Below are positions 44,091 through 53,530 of a stretch of DNA of 64,000 bases, one piece after another (the first letter of the stretch is position 1; every line of letters starts with the position of its first letter). Both the position numbers and the translations under genes were made by a program. The DNA is from an uncultured Clostridia bacterium (GTDB lineage Bacteria > Bacillota > Clostridia > Christensenellales > UBA1242): contig CALBOE010000006.1 of the NCBI GenBank assembly GCA_937896905.1, positions 382,232 through 446,231 of the forward strand, written 5' to 3'. The notes beneath the pieces were generated by a model, which was not told where the DNA came from, did no database searches, and was given only the letters and a program-made list of their open reading frames with translations.

Positions 44091-44122
44091 AAAAAAATAT
44101 CAGCAATACGCTGATATTTTTT
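44091..44122. terminator. Bidirectional terminator between convergent operons
   Basis: ATATCAGC (44097-104) pairs with GCTGATAT (44110-117), with A-run and T-run flanks. Confidence 0.8.
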
Positions 44123-44152
44123 ATGCACAAAATCAACTCTATTTGTAGATAA

Positions 44153-45007
44153 TTAAATAATAATTTTATCCTTATTTTGTGTGGTATATTGTAAAGTTAC
44201 ACCATAAATAGTTTCGTAACATTCTTTCCATAAACGATAGTTTTCTTTTCTTAAAAATTCCACATTTTCTTTTATGGTTAAATCTTTTTTAGGGTAAATT
44301 GGTGGCAACATATTAATTGTAAAGTAAGGGTATTCCGCCCCAGCTTCGGTTGTTCCTTCTCTCATTGTTATAAAAATTGGAGCAATTGGAACGTTGTGTT
44401 TGGCAGCATAGTGGAACGCACCATTTTTCATTGGACGTGGTTTTTTATAGTCCCTCCACATTGCTTGTTCCGGGTAAATTAAAATTTTCTTACCCTTATT
44501 TAAAAAATGTTCCACTGCGTCATTGAACTTTCGCATAAATTTCAAGTCGAAAGGTTTAAGTGGCATATACCCCGTGTGACGAGAAACTTCGCCCATAACA
44601 CCGTCCCAATTATTATAATAGGCGGCAACATATTTAATGTTAAATCCGGTTGCTTTTCTAATGGCAAACGAGTCGAACAAACTTACATGATTGGAAGTTA
44701 TAATTGCACTTTTAAGGCCTTTCCAATTCTTTTTGCCAACAACCTTTGTTTTTAGTTGTCGGTTAATTTTTGCAGAGTAAATTTTTAAACAGGTTAAATA
44801 AAAGGCTTTTTTAATAGCATTTCTAAAGCCTTTTCGGTAAAAATCAAAGGTTTCATCAACTTTAACGGGCGCTTCGGTTGGATTTTCATTAACGTCACTG
44901 TTAAAATCGCCAACAAGTTCCATCTGTTGTTGTTTAAGGTAACATTCCTTTTTGAACTCTGGTGGTTCTTTTAGGTTGATTTTTTTCATTTCTTCAATTT
45001 GACCCAT
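44153..45007 (-). CDS. Lysophospholipid acyltransferase (PlsC/LPLAT family)
   Basis: HX4D motif 'NHVSLFD', 'IYPEQAMWRD'. AAAGGAGA RBS. Confidence 0.82.
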   Translation of the reverse strand: MGQIEEMKKINLKEPPEFKKECYLKQQQMELVGDFNSDVNENPTEAPVKVDETFDFYRKGFRNAIKKAFYLTCLKIYSAKINRQLKTKVVGKKNWKGLKSAIITSNHVSLFDSFAIRKATGFNIKYVAAYYNNWDGVMGEVSRHTGYMPLKPFDLKFMRKFNDAVEHFLNKGKKILIYPEQAMWRDYKKPRPMKNGAFHYAAKHNVPIAPIFITMREGTTEAGAEYPYFTINMLPPIYPKKDLTIKENVEFLRKENYRLWKECYETIYGVTLQYTTQNKDKIII

Positions 45008-45818
45008 TGTTTTCTCCTTTCATGGCCAAGTATTCTTTATATACGTCGTCGTACTGATGCCATTTGTATTTTTCATGCACCAACTCTATCTGCCAAGGTT
45101 TAAAATTTTGTGTGTGGAATATTGGCCACCATTTAATGCGCTTAGAAAAATGTTGAATAATTGTGTTCTTTTTTAAATTGCCTTGTTCATTAAATTTGCG
45201 AGGCAAATATAATTTTTTAGTTGCGCATTTGTTTAGGGCAGATTGGTCGGGAAATCCCATCTTTTTATTTAAACACATTTCTTTAACTTTGTCAAATAAA
45301 TTGGTTTCTTTAATTTTTTCCATGTTTAAAAGAAGCATTCCTGAGTTAAAATATTTAGGCGAAATAAAAATTCTTCCATATCTATCTAGCACAACACCCA
45401 ATTCGTAGTTGGATATATCCACGTCAAAAAGATGCTTAATGTTTCCGTTTAGCATAATGTCGGTGTCTAAATAAATAATTTTTTTTGGCAAGTGTTCAAC
45501 CCTATCTGCAAACAAGCGTAGAAAGGCAAAAGGCGTGTAAACATTTAATTTGTTTTGGCTTTTTAAAATCCAATCATTAAACTCTTTCCCAAGCGTAATT
45601 AAATTTACACTGCTGTTTGGGTTAACATTTTTAACAACCCTTTCCAAACTTTTGCGGTGGAGTTCTGTTAATGGTTTGTAGTTTTCATTTAGTTCGGTAA
45701 CATCTGCGGTTAAAATATAAATTCTAATTGGTTCGTGGCAGTGCTTAGTCATACTTAATAAGCAAAGTAAAATTCCATCGTAAACTTTATAATTTCCGCC
45801 AAATAGAATATTAATCAT
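44994..45818 (-). CDS. Glycosyltransferase family 8
   Basis: Start moved to the ATG at 45818 (GGAG RBS inside the upstream gene). 'IIYLDTDIMLNGNI' (DxD), 'FNSGMLLLN'. Confidence 0.83.
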   Translation of the reverse strand: MINILFGGNYKVYDGILLCLLSMTKHCHEPIRIYILTADVTELNENYKPLTELHRKSLERVVKNVNPNSSVNLITLGKEFNDWILKSQNKLNVYTPFAFLRLFADRVEHLPKKIIYLDTDIMLNGNIKHLFDVDISNYELGVVLDRYGRIFISPKYFNSGMLLLNMEKIKETNLFDKVKEMCLNKKMGFPDQSALNKCATKKLYLPRKFNEQGNLKKNTIIQHFSKRIKWWPIFHTQNFKPWQIELVHEKYKWHQYDDVYKEYLAMKGENNGSN

Positions 45819-46593
45819 TGTTACACTCCTTTTTAACGTAGTTAACATATTCATAATCACTTAATTTTGCACGTTCGCACATGGTGTTATAAACCCTTGT
45901 TTTTAATTCTTCTTGTGCGGCTTTACGTTCTAATTGTGGGTTAATAAAAAATGGGCCGTCCACCCAAATTTCAACTTTTGGTTTTTTGCCGTGATTGGGT
46001 GCTAAATAAGTTGTGGTGAAAGTGAAAACGGGCTTATTATGCACTGCAGGATAGCGAAACGAAGAACTGTTAAACTTTCTTATTTTTGTGTAGTATGGCC
46101 ATAAGTGTGCTTCTGGGTAAATTATAATTGGGTTTGTGTGTTGTAAAGTTTCGTTAATGGCAAAATTGAAATTCTTTGTGGCATTTAAAGTGTCTGGCAA
46201 TGGCAATGCCCCTGCAAGGCGAGTGAACCAGCCAATGAAAGGAACGGAAACGTTATCGGCATTAACAATTATCCGCGGTTTTTGCGGAAAGCAAAGCAAG
46301 GCGGGTGCAAACCCGTCTAAAAACTGATTGGTGTGGTTTGCATAAACAAAATATCCACTTTTTTTGTGTTGTTTAAGCAGGTGTTTATTTTTAAATTTAA
46401 CCCTTTTAACACATTTGATGCAAAACCAAACAATTGGAGTGGCAATAATTCTGTAAACTATAAAACTAAAAATTTTATAAAACGGGTTTTTGTTAGTGTA
46501 TTTATATTTTTCGTCAATTTTTTTGCGCTTAACTCTAAAGTAAACAACTTCTTCACTATCCTTGCTGTAACAAATTTGTTGTTTAAATTTCAA
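45811..46593 (-). CDS. Acyltransferase (PlsC/LPLAT-like)
   Basis: 'VYANHTNQFLDGF' histidine box, 'IIYPEAHLWPY'. N-terminal TM helix. Confidence 0.72.
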   Translation of the reverse strand: MKFKQQICYSKDSEEVVYFRVKRKKIDEKYKYTNKNPFYKIFSFIVYRIIATPIVWFCIKCVKRVKFKNKHLLKQHKKSGYFVYANHTNQFLDGFAPALLCFPQKPRIIVNADNVSVPFIGWFTRLAGALPLPDTLNATKNFNFAINETLQHTNPIIIYPEAHLWPYYTKIRKFNSSSFRYPAVHNKPVFTFTTTYLAPNHGKKPKVEIWVDGPFFINPQLERKAAQEELKTRVYNTMCERAKLSDYEYVNYVKKECNND

Positions 46594-46812
46594 TTTTCCC
46601 CCTTAAATTAATTTTTTAATGCAAAAATAATTAAACCATAAATTAAAAGTGCTTATTTTAAGAAATAAATTATTAAAAATAATTCTTTCAGGCAAGGCGA
46701 AAATTTGAATTAAAAAAAAGTTTTTAACTTTTATAAAATTTTTTTGTTGAAATCGTTTGCAATTTAGTTCTAAAATCTTTTAATATGATTATATCAAATA
46801 AAAGGAGTGTAT

Positions 46813-47043
46813 ATGGGATTTGTTAAAGCTATGGATAAACTTCCTTGGGTTTTAAAACTTATTTTAAGCTTGCCTGGGTTAGACATTGTGTGGGCAATTT
46901 ACCGCATTGTAAAAGGCGCAGCTAAAAAGAAAACCGCAATTTTAATTGCAGGAATCCTTTGGATTATTCCAGGCGCTGTTATTTGTTGGCTTGTTGACAT
47001 TATTTCTTGCATTGTTAGCAAAAAACCAGCAATATTGGCTTAG
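46813..47043 (+). CDS. Small two-TM membrane protein
   Basis: Start moved to the ATG at 46813 (GGAG 5 nt upstream). Two hydrophobic helices. Confidence 0.55.
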   Translation: MGFVKAMDKLPWVLKLILSLPGLDIVWAIYRIVKGAAKKKTAILIAGILWIIPGAVICWLVDIISCIVSKKPAILA

Positions 47044-47044
47044 C

Positions 47045-47071
47045 AAAAAACCAGCATTTGCTGGTTTTTTT
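47045..47071 (+). terminator. Rho-independent terminator
   Basis: AAAAAACCAGC-ATTT-GCTGGTTTTTTT. Confidence 0.8.
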
Positions 47072-47084
47072 GTTTTATTATCTA

Positions 47085-47879
47085 TTACTTTTTTACCTTG
47101 CTGGAATTTTCTAGTGTGTCGATATAGCTATAAATGCTGCGCTGCTTTACAGTTTTGTCATCGTTTTTAAAATTGCTGTTAAAAGACAAAGATATATTAT
47201 CCATAAAATTTGTTTTGCCCAAAGAAAAGTGTTCGGTTTCGTTAAATATAATATGGTCGGCAAGATCGATGCCTAACAGGCGGCAAACAGTGTAAATTTC
47301 TTGAGTGGTTGAAATGTCTTCTTGGCTTGGTGCAACCGTTCCATCTGGGTGGGTGTGGAACAAAAGCAAACACGAAATGTTGTCGTCGCTAACGTTAGAA
47401 ATAAACCTTTTTAAATTAATTGCAACGCTAGAACTGTCGTTGCCAGAAAACTCATAAGTTTTAACAACCTTGCCTGTGTCGTTTAGGCAAACAGCATAGA
47501 ACTTTTCAACACGTTCAACTTCGTAATTTGCCCTAAAAAATTTAACGCAATCGTTAATATTTTTAAGAAAAATTTTCTTTCTCATCAATTTGTTTTGTCT
47601 GTACATAGAAAAAAGATTAGGAAGCATAGATAAAAATAAAGCGGCTTCTTTTCCAATTCCTTTAATTTTGGTTAGCGCAAGCGGTTCGGCATCTAAAACA
47701 TTTGCCAACGAACCAAAGGTGTTAAGCAAAATGTGCGCCAACTTGTTTGTGTCTTTTCTAGGAATGGCATAAGTTAAAAGCAATTCTAAAACTTCATGCT
47801 CTGGCATTGCGTTAATGCCAAATTTTCGAATTTTTTGCCTTAAACGTTCCCTATGTCCATCATGAATTTGTTTTTCCAT
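47085..47879 (-). CDS. radC: RadC-like JAB/MPN domain protein
   Basis: 'GHRERLRQK', HhH 'LTKIKGIGKEAA', JAMM 'FHTHPDGTVAPSQEDISTT'. Confidence 0.88.
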   Translation of the reverse strand: MEKQIHDGHRERLRQKIRKFGINAMPEHEVLELLLTYAIPRKDTNKLAHILLNTFGSLANVLDAEPLALTKIKGIGKEAALFLSMLPNLFSMYRQNKLMRKKIFLKNINDCVKFFRANYEVERVEKFYAVCLNDTGKVVKTYEFSGNDSSSVAINLKRFISNVSDDNISCLLLFHTHPDGTVAPSQEDISTTQEIYTVCRLLGIDLADHIIFNETEHFSLGKTNFMDNISLSFNSNFKNDDKTVKQRSIYSYIDTLENSSKVKK

Positions 47880-48036
47880 TGAAAAATTTTAACATAAATT
47901 ATGGAATATTGCAATAATTTGTTGTTAAAATATAAGTTCGAAATCACGGCATAAAATAAAAAAATATTAAAAAAAATATTAAAAAAAAGATGTATTCAAC
48001 ATTTTATGTGTTATAATAATTATATTGGAGAAAATA

Positions 48037-49461
48037 ATGAAACAAAAATTTAAATATTTAATATTAGTTTTAATAATACTACCATGTTGTTTTTTGTTTG
48101 GTGGGTGTTCAACTGTGATTTATGTTAAAAACATTCAAAAAACGCAAGATTTAGGTTCGTCTTCTGTTTACACCATATATTATTCAAATGGTTCAACTGG
48201 AACAATAACTGTTGAAGATGGGCAAGATGGAAAAGATATTGATGTTATGGACTTGTTTCAAGCGGGCGTAAGTTTAGGTATTTACACAAACGACACCAAT
48301 GGCTTTAAACAATTTTTAAGTGACCTAAACGTTCAAAATCCAAACACGTCTGCGAATGTAGGGTTTTATAAGGCAACACATTCAGCTGTTATAATTCATG
48401 CTAATGGTGGTGCAGGATCGACTGGCTCGGCAGGATCGGGCGTTATTTATAAAATGGATAGTAACTACACCTATATTGTAACAAACTATCACGTAACACA
48501 CAAATCTATGTTGAGTACGAATGTTTACCAAAACATTGCCATATATTTATATGGTAGCAACATTATTGAAACAAATTATGTTCAAATGGGTGGTGATGCA
48601 ATTATGTGCACATATCTTGGAGGATCGGCGGAATATGATTTGGCAGTGTTGCGAGCACCAACCAGTGCGGTAAAATCCATAAATGAGTATGCCCAGCCGG
48701 TTGAAATTTGCTCTAGCTACGAAGAAAGCGAAGAAGTTTTTGCAATTGGCAATCCGGAGGGAGATGGATTTAGTGTAACCAATGGCATAGTTTCTAAGCA
48801 TTCGTGCAGGTTGTCTATGGATATTAATGGAGATGATGAAACAGATTTTGATTATAGAGTTTTGCAAACCAACACGGATATTAATGGTGGCAATTCTGGC
48901 GGTGGCCTATTTAATAAAAATGGGCAATTGGTTGGTATTGTGAACGCTAAACAAGTTTGGGACAGTGAAGATTTTGACGCCAATCCAATAGAAGGAATTG
49001 GTTTTGCCTTGCCGTTTGACAATGTTACCAAGGTGGTTGAAAACATTTTGTATAATTACGAAAGGTTGGCACAAAGCACAACCGTGCAAAAGGTTTTGCT
49101 TGGAATTAAATCTTATGCTGCCAACGTAAGAACAATAACAAATCCAACCACTTTAAGGCAGGAATGTGTTTCCGACACGGTTATTGCATCTAAAACACAG
49201 TTTACAATAAGCGAAGAGAGCATTGCTCATAAAATTGGATTAACATATGGCGACAAATTAACTGCAATAAAAATTCAAAAGGCAGGGGAGCAAACCGTTG
49301 CAGAATATCAATTAACCAAATACTATCAACTTGATGAACTTTTGTTAACTTTGCACGCTGGAGATAGTTTCCAAATTAACTATGTAAGGCAGGGCAATGC
49401 GGTAGAACAAAGCAGCGGAACGCACACAGTTCAGGTGGAAGACTTTGTTTCAATTCGTTAA
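48037..49461 (+). CDS. Trypsin-like (S1) serine protease lipoprotein
   Basis: Lipobox 'LFGGCS'. His 'TNYHVT', Asp 'DLAVL', Ser 'GGNSGGGLF'. Start moved to the ATG at 48037. Confidence 0.85.
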   Translation: MKQKFKYLILVLIILPCCFLFGGCSTVIYVKNIQKTQDLGSSSVYTIYYSNGSTGTITVEDGQDGKDIDVMDLFQAGVSLGIYTNDTNGFKQFLSDLNVQNPNTSANVGFYKATHSAVIIHANGGAGSTGSAGSGVIYKMDSNYTYIVTNYHVTHKSMLSTNVYQNIAIYLYGSNIIETNYVQMGGDAIMCTYLGGSAEYDLAVLRAPTSAVKSINEYAQPVEICSSYEESEEVFAIGNPEGDGFSVTNGIVSKHSCRLSMDINGDDETDFDYRVLQTNTDINGGNSGGGLFNKNGQLVGIVNAKQVWDSEDFDANPIEGIGFALPFDNVTKVVENILYNYERLAQSTTVQKVLLGIKSYAANVRTITNPTTLRQECVSDTVIASKTQFTISEESIAHKIGLTYGDKLTAIKIQKAGEQTVAEYQLTKYYQLDELLLTLHAGDSFQINYVRQGNAVEQSSGTHTVQVEDFVSIR

Positions 49462-49483
49462 TAAAAACTATAAAGTTTAACAA

Positions 49484-49517
49484 CAAAAAAATTTAGGCAA
49501 TGCGCCTAAATTTTTTT
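49484..49517. terminator. Bidirectional terminator
   Basis: TTTAGGC (49492-98) pairs with GCCTAAA (49504-10), with A-run and T-run flanks. Confidence 0.8.
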
Positions 49518-51186
49518 ACATTTCTTTAATTGTGTCTATGCACATTATGTTAAATCCAACTTTTAAAGTGTCTCGCAAGGCTTTAACCAAATTCACTTTT
49601 GCTTTTGTTGTTTCTGGGTTGCCGTCTAATATCTTACAAACAGTGTACATTTTATTAAATGCTTTGCACATATCCATAACACGTCTGCCAACAATGCTTG
49701 CATCTCTTTTTTCAACAGCCAAACCTATTGTTGCAGAAAAGTCATTAATATACTTAATAAGCTCAAAAGCATTTTCCTCAAAGCAAGAATAGTTTGGTTG
49801 CACATCAGTTTCTTTGTGTTTACGCAAAATGCTTTCTAACCTTGTAAATGTGTATTGCATATATGGTGCGGTTTCCCCTTCAAAAGAAAATGCTTTTTCC
49901 ACATCAAACACGCCGTCCTTAATGCGTTCGGTTTTTAAAACGCTAAAATTAAGCACTGCACGGGCAACCTTTTTTGCAACGTCTTCTGGGTTTTCAATGG
50001 TGAAGGTTCTGTCAGCAATAATTTCTTTTGCCTTGTTTTGAGCAAATTCCAGCAAGTCAACCAGCACGGCTTGCTTTCCACGTCGGGACGCAATTTTTCC
50101 ATCTGGCAAACTTAATCTGCCATAAGCAGTGTGTTCCATGTTTTTTGCAAAATCACAGCCCATTAATTCTAGAGTTGCAAACAATTGTTTAAAGTGCAAA
50201 ATTTGTGAAACGTCGGTAACATAAATGAGTTTATCGAAGTTGTATTCACGAAATCTGTCTAGCCCTGCGCAAATGTCCCTGGTTATGTAAAGGGTTGTTC
50301 CATCGCTTTTAATAATAACAGCAGGGGGCATTTCTTCACCAAGTTCAACAATTTTTGCGCCCTGACTATCCTTTAAAAGCCCTTTGCTTTCAAGTTCGGC
50401 TAATGCTTGTGGAACAAGTTGATTATAGTACATTTCGCCACGATTATCATCAAACTTAATTCCAAGCAAATCTAGCGTTTCGGTTAGCGATTTAAAGCCA
50501 ATTCTAATAACCAATTCGTAAAGCGGATAAATTTCGGCATCTTTTTCTTCAATCTTTTTAAAGATATCGCGCGCCAGTTGAGTGTAACTCTCGTCCTCTG
50601 CTTCGGCTTGATTAAATTTAACATAATATTCTTGCAATGCATCGTTTCCGCGGGCATTAACATCTTCAATGTTTCCCCACTTCATAAGTCCACCAATAAT
50701 TTTGCCAAATGGTGTGCCATAGTCGCCCGTGAAGTTCAATCTTTTAACAGTGTAGCCGCATTGTTCAAACAATCTTGCCAAACTTTCGCCAGTTATTGTG
50801 CTTTTTAAATGCCCAATGTGCAAAAACTTGGCCAAATTTGGGCTGCAATAATCAATAAGAACGGTTTTGCCATTTCCTTCTTGGGTAAAAAAATCAGTTG
50901 CGGAAAAACCATGCAAAATTTCTTCTGCAATTTTTTCTTTGTTTAAAAAGAAGTTTAAATAACCTCCCATAACTTCTGTTTTTTCAATTATATTGCAAGC
51001 AGATAAACTTGCTTGAATTTCCGCAGCAATGCTTGCTGGGTTCACTTTTAAAACCTTTGCAAAAGAAAAGCATGGCAAAGAGTAATCGCCTTTATCTGCC
51101 GAAATGCTTTCAATAATTAAATTCTCAAAATTTGCACCGTCAATTTTTAAGGTGATGGCATTTGCTAAAACATTTTTAATATTCAT
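49516..51186 (-). CDS. argS: Arginine--tRNA ligase
   Basis: 'SPNLAKFLHIGHLKS' (HIGH region). Anticodon-binding C-terminus ending in '...M', typical of ArgRS. Confidence 0.95.
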   Translation of the reverse strand: MNIKNVLANAITLKIDGANFENLIIESISADKGDYSLPCFSFAKVLKVNPASIAAEIQASLSACNIIEKTEVMGGYLNFFLNKEKIAEEILHGFSATDFFTQEGNGKTVLIDYCSPNLAKFLHIGHLKSTITGESLARLFEQCGYTVKRLNFTGDYGTPFGKIIGGLMKWGNIEDVNARGNDALQEYYVKFNQAEAEDESYTQLARDIFKKIEEKDAEIYPLYELVIRIGFKSLTETLDLLGIKFDDNRGEMYYNQLVPQALAELESKGLLKDSQGAKIVELGEEMPPAVIIKSDGTTLYITRDICAGLDRFREYNFDKLIYVTDVSQILHFKQLFATLELMGCDFAKNMEHTAYGRLSLPDGKIASRRGKQAVLVDLLEFAQNKAKEIIADRTFTIENPEDVAKKVARAVLNFSVLKTERIKDGVFDVEKAFSFEGETAPYMQYTFTRLESILRKHKETDVQPNYSCFEENAFELIKYINDFSATIGLAVEKRDASIVGRRVMDMCKAFNKMYTVCKILDGNPETTKAKVNLVKALRDTLKVGFNIMCIDTIKEM

Positions 51187-51288
51187 GCATCTATGTTAGC
51201 ACAAAACAAATTAATTTGCAATAGATTTGGTTTTAATTGATTAGTAACCCAATTTAAAATTGAATTCTTCTATAATTTTGAATAGATA

Positions 51289-51316
51289 TTGACAATATGC
51301 AAATTTATGATACACT
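51289..51316 (+). promoter_or_regulatory. Promoter placed for a leaderless transcript
   Basis: TTGACA (51289-94), 16-nt spacer, TACACT (51311-16). The ATG at 51323 lies 7 nt after the -10, with no RBS. Confidence 0.5.
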
Positions 51317-51322
51317 AACAAT

Positions 51323-52075
51323 ATGAAAAGAGAATTTCACACATTAAGTTATGAAAAACTTTTAGAAAACATTTTCATTCGTTTTGACGAATTGTTTAAG
51401 CATCAAAACATTTCCAAAACCGAGAGTTATGTTTTATATGAACTTTTAACTGAGTTTGTTTTTAGAATTCACAACATAAACAGCGCAGAACATCAGGTGG
51501 TTTTTCACCATGCAGACCCCAAGGATTTGGATATGTACGATTGCAGTGCATTTATGGTTAAAGGGTTAACCAGCCCAGATGTTTACGACATATATGTAGA
51601 TGCTCGTGAAATGTCGTTTGATGGCGACTATCGTATGATTGATAGATATTTAAATTCCGTGCAAACAATTTTACATGAACTTCATCACGTTATTCAGTAT
51701 ATTATAGTGCCAAGAGTATTTGTACGAGAACATAATAAACTTAATCAAGATTACGACACAATTATGAAGAATCTAGAAGGCAACCCAAAGAAAAAGGAAA
51801 AATTTTTACAGGTTCACGAAGATGCTTCGTGTTATTTGCTAACAAGCGAAGTTAAGGCAGAAGAATATTCATTGCGCTATCTAACAAAACTTATTGAAGA
51901 ATTAGAGAAATTTAGCACTGAACCGTATTTCCTATATGGGCTAAGAAAAATGCGTCAGGCTGTAACAAGGTTGAAAAGTTTAAGACTAAACGACTGCAAA
52001 AAGGCTCACCAACAACACGCACATTTAGAACGTTTTATGCGCAAGCATTTCAAGGAAGATTTGAAATTCGATTAA
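51323..52075 (+). CDS. Hypothetical protein with HExxH motif (putative zinc metalloprotease)
   Basis: 'ILHELHHVIQY'. Confidence 0.6.
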   Translation: MKREFHTLSYEKLLENIFIRFDELFKHQNISKTESYVLYELLTEFVFRIHNINSAEHQVVFHHADPKDLDMYDCSAFMVKGLTSPDVYDIYVDAREMSFDGDYRMIDRYLNSVQTILHELHHVIQYIIVPRVFVREHNKLNQDYDTIMKNLEGNPKKKEKFLQVHEDASCYLLTSEVKAEEYSLRYLTKLIEELEKFSTEPYFLYGLRKMRQAVTRLKSLRLNDCKKAHQQHAHLERFMRKHFKEDLKFD

Positions 52076-52127
52076 TAAACACATATTTAAATGTGCCACT
52101 GCAAACAAAAAACCTTGCGGGGCAAGG

Positions 52128-52478
52128 TTAATCATTTAAAAGCTGAGCGGTGGCTTTGGTGTAGGCACGAGTTAGTCCACCAGCACCAAGTTTAATACCG
52201 CCAAAATATCTTACAACGGCAACAAGCGTGTTTGTAAGATTTTTTTTCTTAATTACGTTTAAAATGGGGTAGCCTGCAGTTCCGCCCGGCTCGCCATCGT
52301 CGCAAGCTTTTTCGCTAACAGTTTCTTTGCTATAAACGTAAGCATAACAAATATGGGTGGCTTTTTTGTGCTTGGTTTTTAATTCCTGCAAAAAAAACTT
52401 CACATCGTCTAGTGAAGTTAATTCCTTTTTGTAGGCAATAAACCTAGATTTATTAATCTCGTATTCAAATTCGTTCAT
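52128..52478 (-). CDS. IMPACT/YigZ family (UPF0029) N-domain protein
   Basis: 'KSRFIAY', 'DDGEPGGTAGYPIL'. Start uncertain: the ATG at 52478 lies 1 nt after the DegV stop, and the ORF track extends to a TTG at 52502. Confidence 0.8.
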   Translation of the reverse strand: MNEFEYEINKSRFIAYKKELTSLDDVKFFLQELKTKHKKATHICYAYVYSKETVSEKACDDGEPGGTAGYPILNVIKKKNLTNTLVAVVRYFGGIKLGAGGLTRAYTKATAQLLND

Positions 52479-52479
52479 A

Positions 52480-53394
52480 TTATTTGCAATATTTTTCAAC
52501 AACGCCCAATCGGTCTACCGCAAAGCCAACCGCCAAGGCTTTTGGTCCTGTGTGACAAGCAACAAACAGTGGCAATGGATCCATTTTAAAGAAAGGCATA
52601 TCTGGGAAAGCAGCAACAACTTCCTTTTTAAACTCTTCCAATTCTGCGGCATTTAAATCCGGATTGGTGTGAGCAATGCTAATATAAACCTTACCTTGTT
52701 TAATTTCTTCGGCAAATCTTTCTTCGGCTTCTTTTCTTGTTGCTGCAATAATTTTACTTTTTGCTTGCTTCATAGCCATAACTTTTGCAAAAGCGTCTAA
52801 TTTTCCGCCATGCACTTGCAAAATTGGCTTAATATTCAAAAGAGTTCCAATTGCAGCAGCGGCAGGAGTGATTCTGCCACCTTTTTTTAGGTATTTTAAA
52901 GTGTCAACCGCAATATAAGCGCCGCATTCGCCCCTGGTTTCTTCCAAATATTCTTTAATTTCTTGTGCTGTTTTTCCTTGTTCAATTAAATAAGCCGCTT
53001 CATACATTGCCAATTTGTTCATGTAAGAAACACGTTGATTATTTGCAACAAAAACTTTACCTTCAAACTCTTCCCCGTGGCTAGCGTTAATTGCAGAATT
53101 GCAAGCGGCACTTAATCCGCTTGAAAGAATAACATAAATAATTTGGTCGTATTGTTTCAAAATTTCACGCCAGCAATCTTCCACAGCGGCAATGCTTGGT
53201 TGAGATGTGCTAACGTTGGCAGTTTTGTCTTCCAAAAATGAATAATATTGTGAATAGGTCATATTCACACCTTCTAAATATTCCTCACCATTAATTATAA
53301 AACTAATGGGAACAACTGCAGCAACATTTAATTTTTTTAATTCTTCTTCTGTCATAGCAGCGGAATTGTCCACTACTAAAGCAACCTTTTTCAT
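52480..53394 (-). CDS. DegV family fatty-acid-binding protein
   Basis: 'VALVVDNSAAM', 'DTLKYLKKGGRITPAAA', 'HTGPKALAV'. Confidence 0.9.
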   Translation of the reverse strand: MKKVALVVDNSAAMTEEELKKLNVAAVVPISFIINGEEYLEGVNMTYSQYYSFLEDKTANVSTSQPSIAAVEDCWREILKQYDQIIYVILSSGLSAACNSAINASHGEEFEGKVFVANNQRVSYMNKLAMYEAAYLIEQGKTAQEIKEYLEETRGECGAYIAVDTLKYLKKGGRITPAAAAIGTLLNIKPILQVHGGKLDAFAKVMAMKQAKSKIIAATRKEAEERFAEEIKQGKVYISIAHTNPDLNAAELEEFKKEVVAAFPDMPFFKMDPLPLFVACHTGPKALAVGFAVDRLGVVEKYCK

Positions 53395-53501
53395 AATTTC
53401 TCCTTAAACGTACTTTTATACATTTACATTATAAAATAAAATTAAAAATTTTACAAATAAATATAACGCAAAATATAAAAATTTAAACAGTTAAAAACTG
53501 G

Positions 53502-53528
53502 AAAAAGCACCAGATGTCTGGTGCTTTT
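53502..53528. terminator. Bidirectional terminator
   Basis: GCACCAG (53507-13) pairs with CTGGTGC (53518-24), with A/T flanks. Confidence 0.75.
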
Positions 53529-53530
53529 AA

